A stretch of DNA of 64,000 bases from IMG/VR virus record IMGVR_UViG_3300005259_000041. The stretch is one strand, 5' to 3'. Positions 1-10,300 of the stretch are shown here, piece after piece. Positions within the stretch are counted from its first letter, which is position 1. Each line of letters starts with the position of its first letter. The notes beneath the pieces were generated by a model. That model was not told the origin of the DNA. It saw only the letters and a program-made list of their open reading frames with translations, and made no database searches. Made by a program: the position numbers and the translations under genes. The DNA is from an uncultured virus (IMG/VR IMGVR_UViG_3300005259_000041). Taxonomy: Duplodnaviria; Heunggongvirae; Uroviricota; Caudoviricetes.

Positions 1-5
1 AAACC

Positions 6-1925
6 ATGAAAACTTATGATTGGGTGATTTCTGATGTGTCCGATGATGGGTACTATGTGACTGTGGAAAGAAATCCCACCACTCAGCCTTTTAGGGTCAC
101 TGATTTGTCTGGTGGGGCGTATGTAGATGTCACTGGACATTTTTTCCAGGTTGCTGGCACCCCTACGGACTATGTGGTGTATTTTGCAGCTATTCGTTTG
201 GATGCGTTTGATTATGCTATTTATGATTCGTTGGGAAATCTGAAATATGAAAGTTATATACCAGATCCCCCAGTGGTAGATGAAGACACGTCTTTATTCC
301 ACAAGGCCCTGACGAAAGCAATAGTCGCTGACGCCCTAATGGAGCTGTCGTCTAGAAAATATGTTAAACCCAATACAATCTCTAGGACGCTTGACAATTT
401 ATATGTAGATGCCCTTGCGTCCACCAATCCAGAACTTGAAGTGTCTACCTATGCCACTTCAACTTTAACATTGGCCCACAAGGCTTCGAGAAGATATGAT
501 GAGGATACGACCAATGCGATTAACGCAGACATTCAAACAAAGTTTTATAGTCCAGGCTCTCCCAGTCTTGGATGTAATACAGATGTTCTAGCTGGAGAAG
601 ACCCAACCAGCACATGTATCACTTATTTTTCTCCTATTGTGGATATGCGATGCGCAAACATACAGCCCGTGTATGTGAATAGGCCAGTTGTTTTTGCTCC
701 CACCGTGTTTGATAGTTCTGGCAATTTAGTATTAGATGCTGGGGTGCCAAATTTAAACTATCACGCAATGTCGTATGCATGGGACTTTGGAGACGGAAGC
801 TATTCATCGGATGCGTCGCCAACCCACACCTATGGGGCAGCTGACATTTATACCGCCATTGTGGTGGTGACAGATTTGGTCTCTGGTATTGCACAGGAGG
901 CCACATGCAGCATCGAGGTGTTAACGGAATACGTTACTGTTGTGGTTCCGCCACACGTCTTGCCGCTTGAGCCATTTTGTGTCACCGTCACATATCGGTA
1001 TTCTGAAGAGTTAACTATAGAGCCATTCGGGATTTCTGTGGATGGTAATGGGTGTTATGAGGTTACTTTGCCCGAACCGGGCACGGTATGTGGTACGGTT
1101 GGCCCAACCGAATTTTGTGTTACTGCTGTTGAGCCGCTTGCAGTTAATTTGGTTTCCGACGCAGTAAATTGTCCCAATATATCTAAAAGCTTTACTGCAA
1201 CTGTTGCCGGCGGACTAGAGCCATATGAATACACATGGACGGTCGATGGGGTTGTCGTCGGTGATGTGGGAGAGCTGTTAGCGGAAGCCTTTGAAGAGGG
1301 GAATCATACGGTTGGGATAGAGGTTACTGACGCCATGCTGTCGACTATTGCTGGTAGCGTGGATTTTGTTATTTACCCTCGCATAGACGCCTATATTAAT
1401 TATACAATTACTAATATAGCCGAGAACGGTAGGCTGCCTGGATATACTGTAGATTTTGCCCCCTGCGTAACTGCAGCGGGACTGCCTACTCAATATACAT
1501 ATCTTTGGGATTTTGGTGATGCAACGACTGCCTCTGGGGCAGACCAATCTCATACTTACAGCGCCCCAGCCGAATATACTATTTCTTTGCGGGTAGCTGA
1601 CCCAGGCGGCTGCTCCGAAATCCTAGACATTAGCTCTGCCGTGCCGGTGTATGGCGCTCCAGTGATTTTGCTACGCAATATGGAGGAGGATAAGCGACTT
1701 TGCCCACGCAAACTAATTATGGAGGTTTCCATTTCGCGTGGCCTAGCTCCATTTAGTTTAGTTGTTAATATGGGGGATGGTCAAATGTTATATCCAGCCT
1801 CAAAAAACGGTCTTTTTTCATTTGAACATTTTTATAGTTTGGCGGGCACATATACTGTGCACATGGTCGTAACTGACGCACAGACAATTTCGTCTGAATT
1901 AGACGTAGTGGTGAGTGTAGGATGA
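6..1925 (+). CDS. PKD-domain virion/structural protein (may be N-terminally incomplete at window edge)
   Basis: Repeated PKD signatures: YAWDFGDG...PTHTY...YTAIVVVTD, YLWDFGDA...SHTYSAPAEYTISLRVAD, NMGDG...EHFYSLAGTYTVHMVVTD. Lies upstream of baseplate genes. Confidence 0.75.
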   Translation: MKTYDWVISDVSDDGYYVTVERNPTTQPFRVTDLSGGAYVDVTGHFFQVAGTPTDYVVYFAAIRLDAFDYAIYDSLGNLKYESYIPDPPVVDEDTSLFHKALTKAIVADALMELSSRKYVKPNTISRTLDNLYVDALASTNPELEVSTYATSTLTLAHKASRRYDEDTTNAINADIQTKFYSPGSPSLGCNTDVLAGEDPTSTCITYFSPIVDMRCANIQPVYVNRPVVFAPTVFDSSGNLVLDAGVPNLNYHAMSYAWDFGDGSYSSDASPTHTYGAADIYTAIVVVTDLVSGIAQEATCSIEVLTEYVTVVVPPHVLPLEPFCVTVTYRYSEELTIEPFGISVDGNGCYEVTLPEPGTVCGTVGPTEFCVTAVEPLAVNLVSDAVNCPNISKSFTATVAGGLEPYEYTWTVDGVVVGDVGELLAEAFEEGNHTVGIEVTDAMLSTIAGSVDFVIYPRIDAYINYTITNIAENGRLPGYTVDFAPCVTAAGLPTQYTYLWDFGDATTASGADQSHTYSAPAEYTISLRVADPGGCSEILDISSAVPVYGAPVILLRNMEEDKRLCPRKLIMEVSISRGLAPFSLVVNMGDGQMLYPASKNGLFSFEHFYSLAGTYTVHMVVTDAQTISSELDVVVSVG

Positions 1926-3721
1926 GCTATCAAGCTAGATGTGTCGATTTTGCGTATGGATATAAAATTGTGGCTGTGACTGATGTTGTGGACGACGCAA
2001 CGAGGATTATCACTTCCGTATATCCTCTTGGGGTTGCGTCTCCCAGTAGCGTTAACAGCACGGCATTTGAAAATTATCCAGACAGAGCCGCTTTAGACGA
2101 GGCCCTTAGTGCTGCTATAGAAGCCGAAAAACAAAATTTACAACCGGCTTCCATCATGCCTCCAAGGCCCACTGGCATACCAGACCCACTTTCAACTACT
2201 CGTCCTTCATCGACAGCACCCGGGCCAGCTCAAACAGCCCCGACTCCGCCCGAGAGCGCACTCAAGGCATACAGACAAACAGTAGGCAGTGAAACGCCAG
2301 CCGACGTAGCTAGGAATATGATGGGCATTATTAGTTCAGTCAAGGCTGAACAATCTTCATATGTGAGTCCAGATGGTAAGACCACACGCGAATCTTTACG
2401 GGGTGCCTTTGAAAGGCTGTTGGGGTTGAAATCAGATGAAATTCCAGAAGAACAATTACTGACTAGCAACCAAAGGCCATTTGTATATTTTGTATATTCT
2501 TTATTGCACGACTACACAATAGTGCAAAGTGTTGATGGTCAAACTGGATTGTCTGGGTCGGCCCTTATCAATAAGCTATATGACTCTATGGTCAAGCGGC
2601 TTCAGGAGCTAGACGGCCATAATTTAGCAGCCATCGTAGAGGCAGCTGACACAATTAGAACGACTGGCACCCAAATTCTTTCCACTATCACTGGGGCCAA
2701 GGCTGGTGTAACGCCGACCAAACAGAAAATCAGTGAAGAGATAGCTCAGGGCGTAGATAAGGCTGAGGGTATCAAAAACACCATTGAAAATTGGGGTTCC
2801 ACGACGTTTTCTCCTTTAGAGTTGCAAGAGTTATACAAAGAGGAGCTTAAGCTTGGGGGAGTGGATTATCAAAAGTTTAGATTTGAAAGAAACGAATCTG
2901 GCAATGTCTTTGCTACCACTCCCGAAACAGCCAGCATTATGCAGGGTGCAGCGCTTTCTAGTGCGTGGCTTAATACTGACACTGACACCATGCGTAAGCA
3001 AAAATTAGACCTATTGAATCGTACGCAAACCTTTGCAGCTAAACATAGATATTATAGCGATGTGTATAATGTTCTTGTGGATGGTAGGGGCTTTGAAAAT
3101 GATGTTAACACCTTGACCATGAGGGAGGTGGTGTCGTATTTTGCCGCTTGCCTAAAAACCATGAAAGGGACGTGTTCAGAGTGTAGGCACTATAATGGAG
3201 CTAGTAGCCCAGCTCCGTCGGCTCCTAACGTACCATCAGCGCCCCCATCCCCGACCAGAGAAACTCATCCACCTGACATTTGGGATACGATATATAATCA
3301 AGCCAAAGCCGATTGGGAGGCCGATACAGCAACATGGAATAATACGCGTACATCTCTCAACAGGGTTATTTATGGTGAGAATTCTTCTCAAGAGCAAAAA
3401 AATCAGGCTGCAGCCCTACTGAAAGAGGTGGATGCTCGCGGTCACGCAAGAGCTGAGGGGACGACAATAGGGCAACACGTAGACAAAACATTGCTTGATC
3501 GGGGACAGGCTTTAAAGGCAAGGGCTGCAGAATCCAAAACCAAGGGGCCATCTTGCGCTTTCGGGTTTACTAATCCAGACAACACTAATAAGGGACCAGA
3601 TGATTACTGCTGGACTGATTCCGTTGCTCCTGGCCGGGGCGTTAGCGGCGTTAAATATGAGCTAAACACTGATATTTCTAAGAAAATACGAGAGTTATCT
3701 AAAAGCTTGGCTAAAGGCTAA
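1922..3721 (+). CDS. hypothetical protein with Pro-rich segments and a CxxC motif
   Basis: 599-aa ORF with ATGA overlap to the previous gene; CSECRHY motif; no recognisable family. Confidence 0.7.
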   Translation: MSYQARCVDFAYGYKIVAVTDVVDDATRIITSVYPLGVASPSSVNSTAFENYPDRAALDEALSAAIEAEKQNLQPASIMPPRPTGIPDPLSTTRPSSTAPGPAQTAPTPPESALKAYRQTVGSETPADVARNMMGIISSVKAEQSSYVSPDGKTTRESLRGAFERLLGLKSDEIPEEQLLTSNQRPFVYFVYSLLHDYTIVQSVDGQTGLSGSALINKLYDSMVKRLQELDGHNLAAIVEAADTIRTTGTQILSTITGAKAGVTPTKQKISEEIAQGVDKAEGIKNTIENWGSTTFSPLELQELYKEELKLGGVDYQKFRFERNESGNVFATTPETASIMQGAALSSAWLNTDTDTMRKQKLDLLNRTQTFAAKHRYYSDVYNVLVDGRGFENDVNTLTMREVVSYFAACLKTMKGTCSECRHYNGASSPAPSAPNVPSAPPSPTRETHPPDIWDTIYNQAKADWEADTATWNNTRTSLNRVIYGENSSQEQKNQAAALLKEVDARGHARAEGTTIGQHVDKTLLDRGQALKARAAESKTKGPSCAFGFTNPDNTNKGPDDYCWTDSVAPGRGVSGVKYELNTDISKKIRELSKSLAKG

Positions 3722-3724
3722 TGC

Positions 3725-3736
3725 CTATTAATAAAA
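3725..3736 (+). promoter_or_regulatory. putative phage late promoter CTATTAATAAAA
   Basis: Intergenic, 35 nt before the GTG of the gp25-like gene; the same motif recurs in five other intergenic gaps. Confidence 0.6.
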
Positions 3737-3759
3737 GCAGATAATCTGGAGGGATTTAC

Positions 3760-4236
3760 GTGTCCTTTGATCTTCGAATCGAAAACGGAGACATCTCTTT
3801 CCAAAATGGCCAGATAGAGACGGTTACTAACGAAGATAAGCTTGTGCAGTCGCTCGTTAGAATCCTCTTAACCCCACTTGGCGAGGTGACACTCCGTCCA
3901 TACTATGGAACTAATCTGGGTGGGATTATTACTCGTCCCCTTCTACCAGATTTTATCTTTATTACTAAAATCGAGGACTCTGTAAAGGAAGCTTTGGAGT
4001 TTTTGATGCAGCAGCAGTCTATTCAGTCTCGGTACCAATACGTCAGTCCCGGCGAGGAAATTCGTGAAATCTTAAGTGTGATGGCTGAGCGTTCCCCGTC
4101 TGACCCAAGACAAATTAACGTTGGGGTGGCTATTAGAGCTGGAAGCGGCGATGTTGTGGCCAAGACATTTACTATTTCTCCAGGCGCCATAGTGCAGGTC
4201 ACGGGTGGCGTGGTGACTGAGCGAGGTGGATTCTAA
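3760..4236 (+). CDS. baseplate wedge subunit, gp25/GPW-like
   Basis: L.Q...RILLTPLGE...RPYYGT.L motif typical of the gp25/GPW family; GGAGGG RBS; directly precedes the baseplate J-like gene. Confidence 0.8.
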   Translation: MSFDLRIENGDISFQNGQIETVTNEDKLVQSLVRILLTPLGEVTLRPYYGTNLGGIITRPLLPDFIFITKIEDSVKEALEFLMQQQSIQSRYQYVSPGEEIREILSVMAERSPSDPRQINVGVAIRAGSGDVVAKTFTISPGAIVQVTGGVVTERGGF

Positions 4237-7200
4237 TGATTAAGAGTTATCAGCAGATTGTGGCTGACTTAAAAGATAAGCTTCGCAGCCGTATCCAGGG
4301 CGCAGATTTAACTGATGGGTCCGTGATAAAGGAGCTGTTAGATTCCTATGCGGATGAGCTAGCTAGCTTATATTCGGAAATTAAAAACACTCAAAGTTTA
4401 CAGTCTGTTAAGACTGTATCTGGTTCTGATTTAGATAAGCTAGCATCCAACTATTCTATGCAGCGCAAGCAGGCACAAACAGCCGGCGGAGTTATCTTGC
4501 TGACTCGCTCTCTTTTGTCGCCAGATGAAAAAATTGTGCTTAAATCTGGGGCTTTAATTTACACTTCCTCTAATTCGCTAGCTACAAACGCTCCTGTGTC
4601 ATTTAGAACGACGAGCGACGTGGTTATAACTGGAGCTAATAGAGAAATTTATCGCGCCACCGCCAATCAATATCGTAGTTTTTTGGATGCCAATGGTATT
4701 TATGATGTGTATGCGATTGCCGTGTCGGTTATTGCCGCTAACCCAGGTGCCGCTTCTAATGTGGCTAAGGGTGCGCTTAGAAAGCACGCCATGTCTGGTG
4801 TCAATAACGTCATTAACTTTGAAGCCACGTCTGGTGGAGAAGATTTAGAATCGGATGAGGATTTTAGGCAGCGACTATTGTTGGTATTTGCTGGAAGCAA
4901 TCTTACGACTATGTTTGGTTTAGAGTCATTCTTTATGTCGCAGGCTAGTGTGAGTGCCGTGGCAATTATTGGGCCTGGGCATCCTCTGATGGTGAGAGAT
5001 GGTACCGTTTCAGATGGGGAAACCGTGTTGGTTCCTGGTTCTGGCGGAATGTTGGACGTTTACATCGCTGGTAAAAAACTGGAGCGCGGCGAAGAGAATT
5101 TTATTTTTAGCCCAGTTGCCGGTGTTCCCATTACTGATTCGTCTAATGACTATGTTTTAGGTCGTTCGTCTTATATTGATAGATTTACTGGTCTATTGAG
5201 AGAACTAGACGCAAGCAACAGGAAGCTGTTGGCCTCGGATTCGCAGCTCTATGTGCAGGCGCCCATTTCCTCTTTGGTTAGCGTTGTGGGGTCTCAGTCT
5301 GGGGCCCTGGAAGAGGGCGTTAATTACACTCTCATCAAAGACGTGGATAGCGACTCTCCGTCGGCTTTTGCTAATAGCAGCTTTGGCTTTGACAGGATTA
5401 GGTGGCTGCAACAGGAAAAGAGCATTGTGGCTGAAGACGTTACGCGCACACGTGACTCGTCTTATGACTTCACTCAATATACAGATTTAATCTCGCTTGA
5501 TGATATTCATTCCCAAATTTCTGTTAATCAAGAGCAGGCTATCATCTCCTCTACCATTGTGAATGAAAACGGAACGCTGGTGGCTACTGTCTATACGCGT
5601 CACATTCCAGTCTCCACGGTGAGTGTGGTAGAAAACTACGAAACTGGCGAGAGATATATTATTGAAAGCTATGACGCTACAGGTAAAATTAAAATCTCTG
5701 GTCGCGCACTACCGACTACTGATGCGACAGTATTGGTATCGTATACTTGGGATAAGTATTTTGATCCGTCTTTTGATTATTCTTTAATAGACAATATGAT
5801 TTATTGGACCAACTCGTCCACTACGTTACTACAAGTGGATAAAGATAGTATTATCAATGGGGTGGTCCTCTCTGACACTATAAATAGAAGCAGTGTTACC
5901 GAAACCATTACCATTCCGAACGAAGTAGCCCTGACTGTATCGGCTAGGGGGACTGGGAAGCGCGTGGCTATTGTGCAGGGAACCAGCATGACCACTGTAA
6001 TGAACCAATATCAGCGCGTAACCTCGGTTGTACCTCTTGACGACACTGGCGCCTCTTACGTGTTCAGGGTTATTCCGCCCACAGACGCCTCTGGCGTCAT
6101 CGGGGGGATATATGAGCGAGACGTTATTACCTCGTACGCCATTCTTGCCCGCCGAGGCGACACTATCGGTCGCGTGTATCCAGAGACAAATCCATTGGGG
6201 CTTAGTGGTACGTTCACGTCGCCAGACGCCGTTATCATGTATAGCAACACTACTATTCAAGAGAGTAAAATTGTTCCCTATACGACTACTAGCGATGGGT
6301 TGCAAGTTTTAATTCCCATTTCCGAAATTACTCAGCCTCGCCCAGGAGATGACATTTATTTATCTTTCCTTTGGGAGGTTAGGCATCCGGTGTCATCAAC
6401 GTCCAACACCACGCGCAAAGCGGACGAAGAGGGTGTCGTTAGGACGTATTACGTGCTTGGGACGGTTGAGGGTCTCACGGACGATGTGGTGAGAAACGTT
6501 AACAATGCCGCATATGTCAACCCTAATTCTGGTTTAGCTAATATCGGCAATTACGATAGATTGGTTTTTGCTGGGGCGATTAGCGGTTCCAATAGTTCTC
6601 AATATACATATAAGCGCTTCGCCACTCTAGACAATATTTCTGTGTCCACAGATAGTTATTCAATCTTTACGGGAGTCGCTGTCAGTTTGGTCTCTTCACC
6701 TATAGCTTCCACGCGATATAAAGTGAACTATACTTACACGGCCCCTAAGTCTGGAGAGCGCGTGTTGGTTACATATTTTTATAATAAGCTGGTCGGAGAT
6801 TTAACCAAGACCATTGAAAGTGAGCGAATTATCAATACGGATATTCTAGTGAAGGCAGCCGTGGAGGTTCCTCTTGCCGTAGCGGTTTCTGTCGTGGCAG
6901 CCAGTGGTAGTAATCCAGTTACTATGCAATCGACCGTGACGAATGCCCTGCTCACTATTATGAACACGGAAACTTTGGGTGGCACACTGCAGCCCTCATA
7001 TGTGTCGTCGGAATTGTTTAGACTTGTGTCTGGCCTTGTTAATGTCAATTTCACCAGATTCGGGAAGCAGACGGAAACCGGCACAAAAGAGGTATTACTG
7101 AAAGACAACGAATATTATAGTTTAAGCTCGTCTAACGTCGCTGTGGCTGTCGCTGTGGGACGTGAGACTGTTGGCAAGGACTATTTTACTGAAGGAGCCA

Positions 7201-7292
7201 CGTCCCCAACGTTGCAACCTACGGGGCAGGCTTCCACATGCGAGAGCGCTCGCAACGTTATTTATAATCCGAAAGAGTGCTCTCCTAGATAA
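4236..7292 (+). CDS. baseplate J-like (gpJ/T4 gp6-like) wedge protein with a large internal insertion
   Basis: N-terminal SGSDLDKLA.NY.MQRKQA..A.G and NFEATSGGEDLESDEDFRQR motifs of Baseplate_J; 1018 aa. Confidence 0.85.
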   Translation: MIKSYQQIVADLKDKLRSRIQGADLTDGSVIKELLDSYADELASLYSEIKNTQSLQSVKTVSGSDLDKLASNYSMQRKQAQTAGGVILLTRSLLSPDEKIVLKSGALIYTSSNSLATNAPVSFRTTSDVVITGANREIYRATANQYRSFLDANGIYDVYAIAVSVIAANPGAASNVAKGALRKHAMSGVNNVINFEATSGGEDLESDEDFRQRLLLVFAGSNLTTMFGLESFFMSQASVSAVAIIGPGHPLMVRDGTVSDGETVLVPGSGGMLDVYIAGKKLERGEENFIFSPVAGVPITDSSNDYVLGRSSYIDRFTGLLRELDASNRKLLASDSQLYVQAPISSLVSVVGSQSGALEEGVNYTLIKDVDSDSPSAFANSSFGFDRIRWLQQEKSIVAEDVTRTRDSSYDFTQYTDLISLDDIHSQISVNQEQAIISSTIVNENGTLVATVYTRHIPVSTVSVVENYETGERYIIESYDATGKIKISGRALPTTDATVLVSYTWDKYFDPSFDYSLIDNMIYWTNSSTTLLQVDKDSIINGVVLSDTINRSSVTETITIPNEVALTVSARGTGKRVAIVQGTSMTTVMNQYQRVTSVVPLDDTGASYVFRVIPPTDASGVIGGIYERDVITSYAILARRGDTIGRVYPETNPLGLSGTFTSPDAVIMYSNTTIQESKIVPYTTTSDGLQVLIPISEITQPRPGDDIYLSFLWEVRHPVSSTSNTTRKADEEGVVRTYYVLGTVEGLTDDVVRNVNNAAYVNPNSGLANIGNYDRLVFAGAISGSNSSQYTYKRFATLDNISVSTDSYSIFTGVAVSLVSSPIASTRYKVNYTYTAPKSGERVLVTYFYNKLVGDLTKTIESERIINTDILVKAAVEVPLAVAVSVVAASGSNPVTMQSTVTNALLTIMNTETLGGTLQPSYVSSELFRLVSGLVNVNFTRFGKQTETGTKEVLLKDNEYYSLSSSNVAVAVAVGRETVGKDYFTEGATSPTLQPTGQASTCESARNVIYNPKECSPR

Positions 7293-7311
7293 ATCCTAGG
7301 GGCGTGGGCCA

Positions 7312-10300
7312 ATGAATAAACTACCTGTGAAGCTAGTTGCCGTTACGGCAACAGCTTTAGATGAGCTGGAAATAGTTTTTAACCAGCCCGTCAATCCTAA
7401 TCTCACTAGTTCTAATTTTGTAATATCTCCGCTGTATGGCGTGGGGAGTCTTGGTATAGTATCCATTGCCCAGTCGCAGGAAAGCGCTGTGACTATTATA
7501 GTGCGCACAGATACCCAGATACCGTTCATGCTTTACCGTGTAGTATCCTCTGGCATTCGCGCCCTTAATAGCAGTGCGATTATAGAAACCAATTCAGTGG
7601 ATAATGTCGCTGTGTTTGACGGTTTCGCAACAGATAGTACAATTTTAGATCGTATGATTGATTCTATGTCTCCTATGTTGGCCTACAAAACAAAAGTCGA
7701 GCCGACTACCGGACAAGAGGTAGAAACTTTCACCAGCAAATTGTTTAGGGTTGTCTCTGATGAACTTAATCGGGTTCAAGACGAGATTGGTAAAACACGA
7801 GCAGACTATTTTATTGGTGTCCAGGTTGATTCCGAGGCAGTGGTCCGTGGCCGTGGACATTACGACAAACTAAGCAACGTTGGTGTTAATGAAATAACGA
7901 GGGTAGCTAAAGAAAAATCTAGTGAAGCTATTATTAAATCTGATACGTCTAAGGTCTTTTTTGATGGAGACGTGCAACTAATCACCCAGAGCATTATGGG
8001 GTCATTGGATGTTTCTCTCACCCCTAGCTCTGGATATGTTGAGGTTGACGCTCTTAGCCCGGCACTGGTAAATGCTGGCAGATTTTTGTTGGGATTGCCT
8101 ACGCCTCAAGCTGGCGACAAAAGATATGTGAGATTTGTCAATGCTGAAGAGGCGACCATCACGGCAACCCCGTATGTGCTCAATGTTCAATTAGGGCCAA
8201 TTCTTAAAGTTTTGGCTGTGTTAGTTCAAACTGGCCCCGTTATGACGATGTATGATTTGTCTAATTACGCATTGAAAACTAATTTTTATGATGTTGGAAA
8301 TGCATATGTGGACGTAAAACTCAAAGACAATCAATTCAAACTGAGTCCCGTTTTGGGCTTTCCTCCTCCTCAGGCGGGGGATAAGGTCTTTGTAGTATAT
8401 TCTTATAATAACTCCACTAGAAAAATCCAAGAAGGAATAACCGTAACTGCCGTGGTTGGATCTCCAGTCGACCGCATGCCGAATACGGCTCTGCCTATTA
8501 TTGGTTCTCCAGACCCGAATTTGGACCCAGCTTTTGATGAAGTGGAAATGGAACAGTCCTCGGCTACGGGTGGGGCCTTCTTCATCAATAATGTGGGCCT
8601 ATTAACTAGTTCTGGGGTTAATGCCGCCACCTCCACGAACACTTCTTTGATTATTATGAAAAAAGATGATGTTCTGATTCGCATAGACCACGATACGACG
8701 TTAACTGAGCTGTCAGACGGCAGATTTGTATGCCTTAATCCGTTCCAGCGTGAAGTGCCATGGTCTGTTAGTAGGACCTTGAGTTGGGGCGAATACATGG
8801 TGAATTATCGCAACACTCAGTCTACTTCGGCTCAAACTGAAATTGCCATTGCTCAGTTTGATGCGGGTTCCCCAAACGACACTCTCTTAGCTGCCAGGCT
8901 CACTGCATTCCCTCAGGTTGTGTATGTAAGTTATCTTAGATTGGCTACCTATGAAGAGGATATTGATTATAGCGTCATTCTTGGTAATTCAAATGTTTAT
9001 GCCAATGACCCGCTAATGGTGGGGGCCATTGCGTTGCCCTCATCCGGCTCTAGTCAAATTTCAGAAGGCCAAGAAGTGGATGTGGCATATGAATATGAAG
9101 ACGTCTTCGTTGAGGGTCGTGACTATAATTTGTTTGCTAATGTAGAGGAGTGCTATGAGCGCGTTGGGGCCTCTATGTTTGTGGACGAAGACGGCAAGTT
9201 TAATATTAAGACGCAATATAGCCCTATTGAGGAAGTGAATAGGATATTCAGTGAGGGCACTGGTGTAGACTACACTGTTAATCGTGTTTATGATGATCGC
9301 GTGGTTATTAATGAACCGATTACCGTTGAAAATGTTATTGAAGTCGTGGCGTTTAAAGATGTGACAGATGTAATTGAACTCAAGGATGTTGCAGGCGCCT
9401 TGTCGCTTTCTCATGCCATGGTGTTAAATGAGACTAAAACTACCCTTGGCGGGAACATATATGATTCAGTGTCTCTGGAAAAAGTAGATAAACTTGCAGT
9501 CAGGACGGCCTACTTGAGCGGTACTGACGCCTATCTATTGAAGTTTCAGGAACAGCTGATTGCTCAGGGCGAGACGGCAGACAGATTTACTGGTATTGAC
9601 ACCACTAGCGTACTATACCCATTTACTATTGATCCATATCTCTTGACCGATGCGTATCTTCAGGGATTGGGATTGTTTGAAGATGTGTTTAATAAGAACG
9701 ATTGTATCAACATCACAACGTTTGTGGGGCTAAACGAAGAGCCCTCATGTTTCTATGGTATTATTGATTCTTCTGTATCGTTCGAGCCAACGGTTTGTGT
9801 GCATGATACCGGATTAGTGTGTGATGTAACTGGTGTCGCTTTTAGCCCTACCGATGAAACGAATACCGACCCCAACCTATATAAGTCACATTGTAAATCT
9901 CAATCATGTTTTAAGTATACGTCGGTATTTCAGAAGGAAGTGCCGTTTATCGATGGTAAAACAGAATTTTATCGTCGCGTCGTTGGCGAAGATGGCTATC
10001 CGCTTGTAGATAACAATGGTCAATACATTTTTACACGTCGTGAGGCGCCAGGCGCATACTCCATTGATTACGTAAATGGTGTAGTCCATGTGGCGATTGA
10101 CTCTTGGGCTCCAGTTGTCGGCTTACAGTCACAAATCGTGGCCCGGTACACCACTGCCGCCTTGCTAGCTAAACACCAGAACATTCTAAATGTGAATTAT
10201 GTACAGAAGCAAGCGATTTCTTCTGCCGCCGGCCAAAACATTCAGAAAACTGCGCTGAACTACTTGAAGATAGACCATATAGATGGCGATACGATTTATT

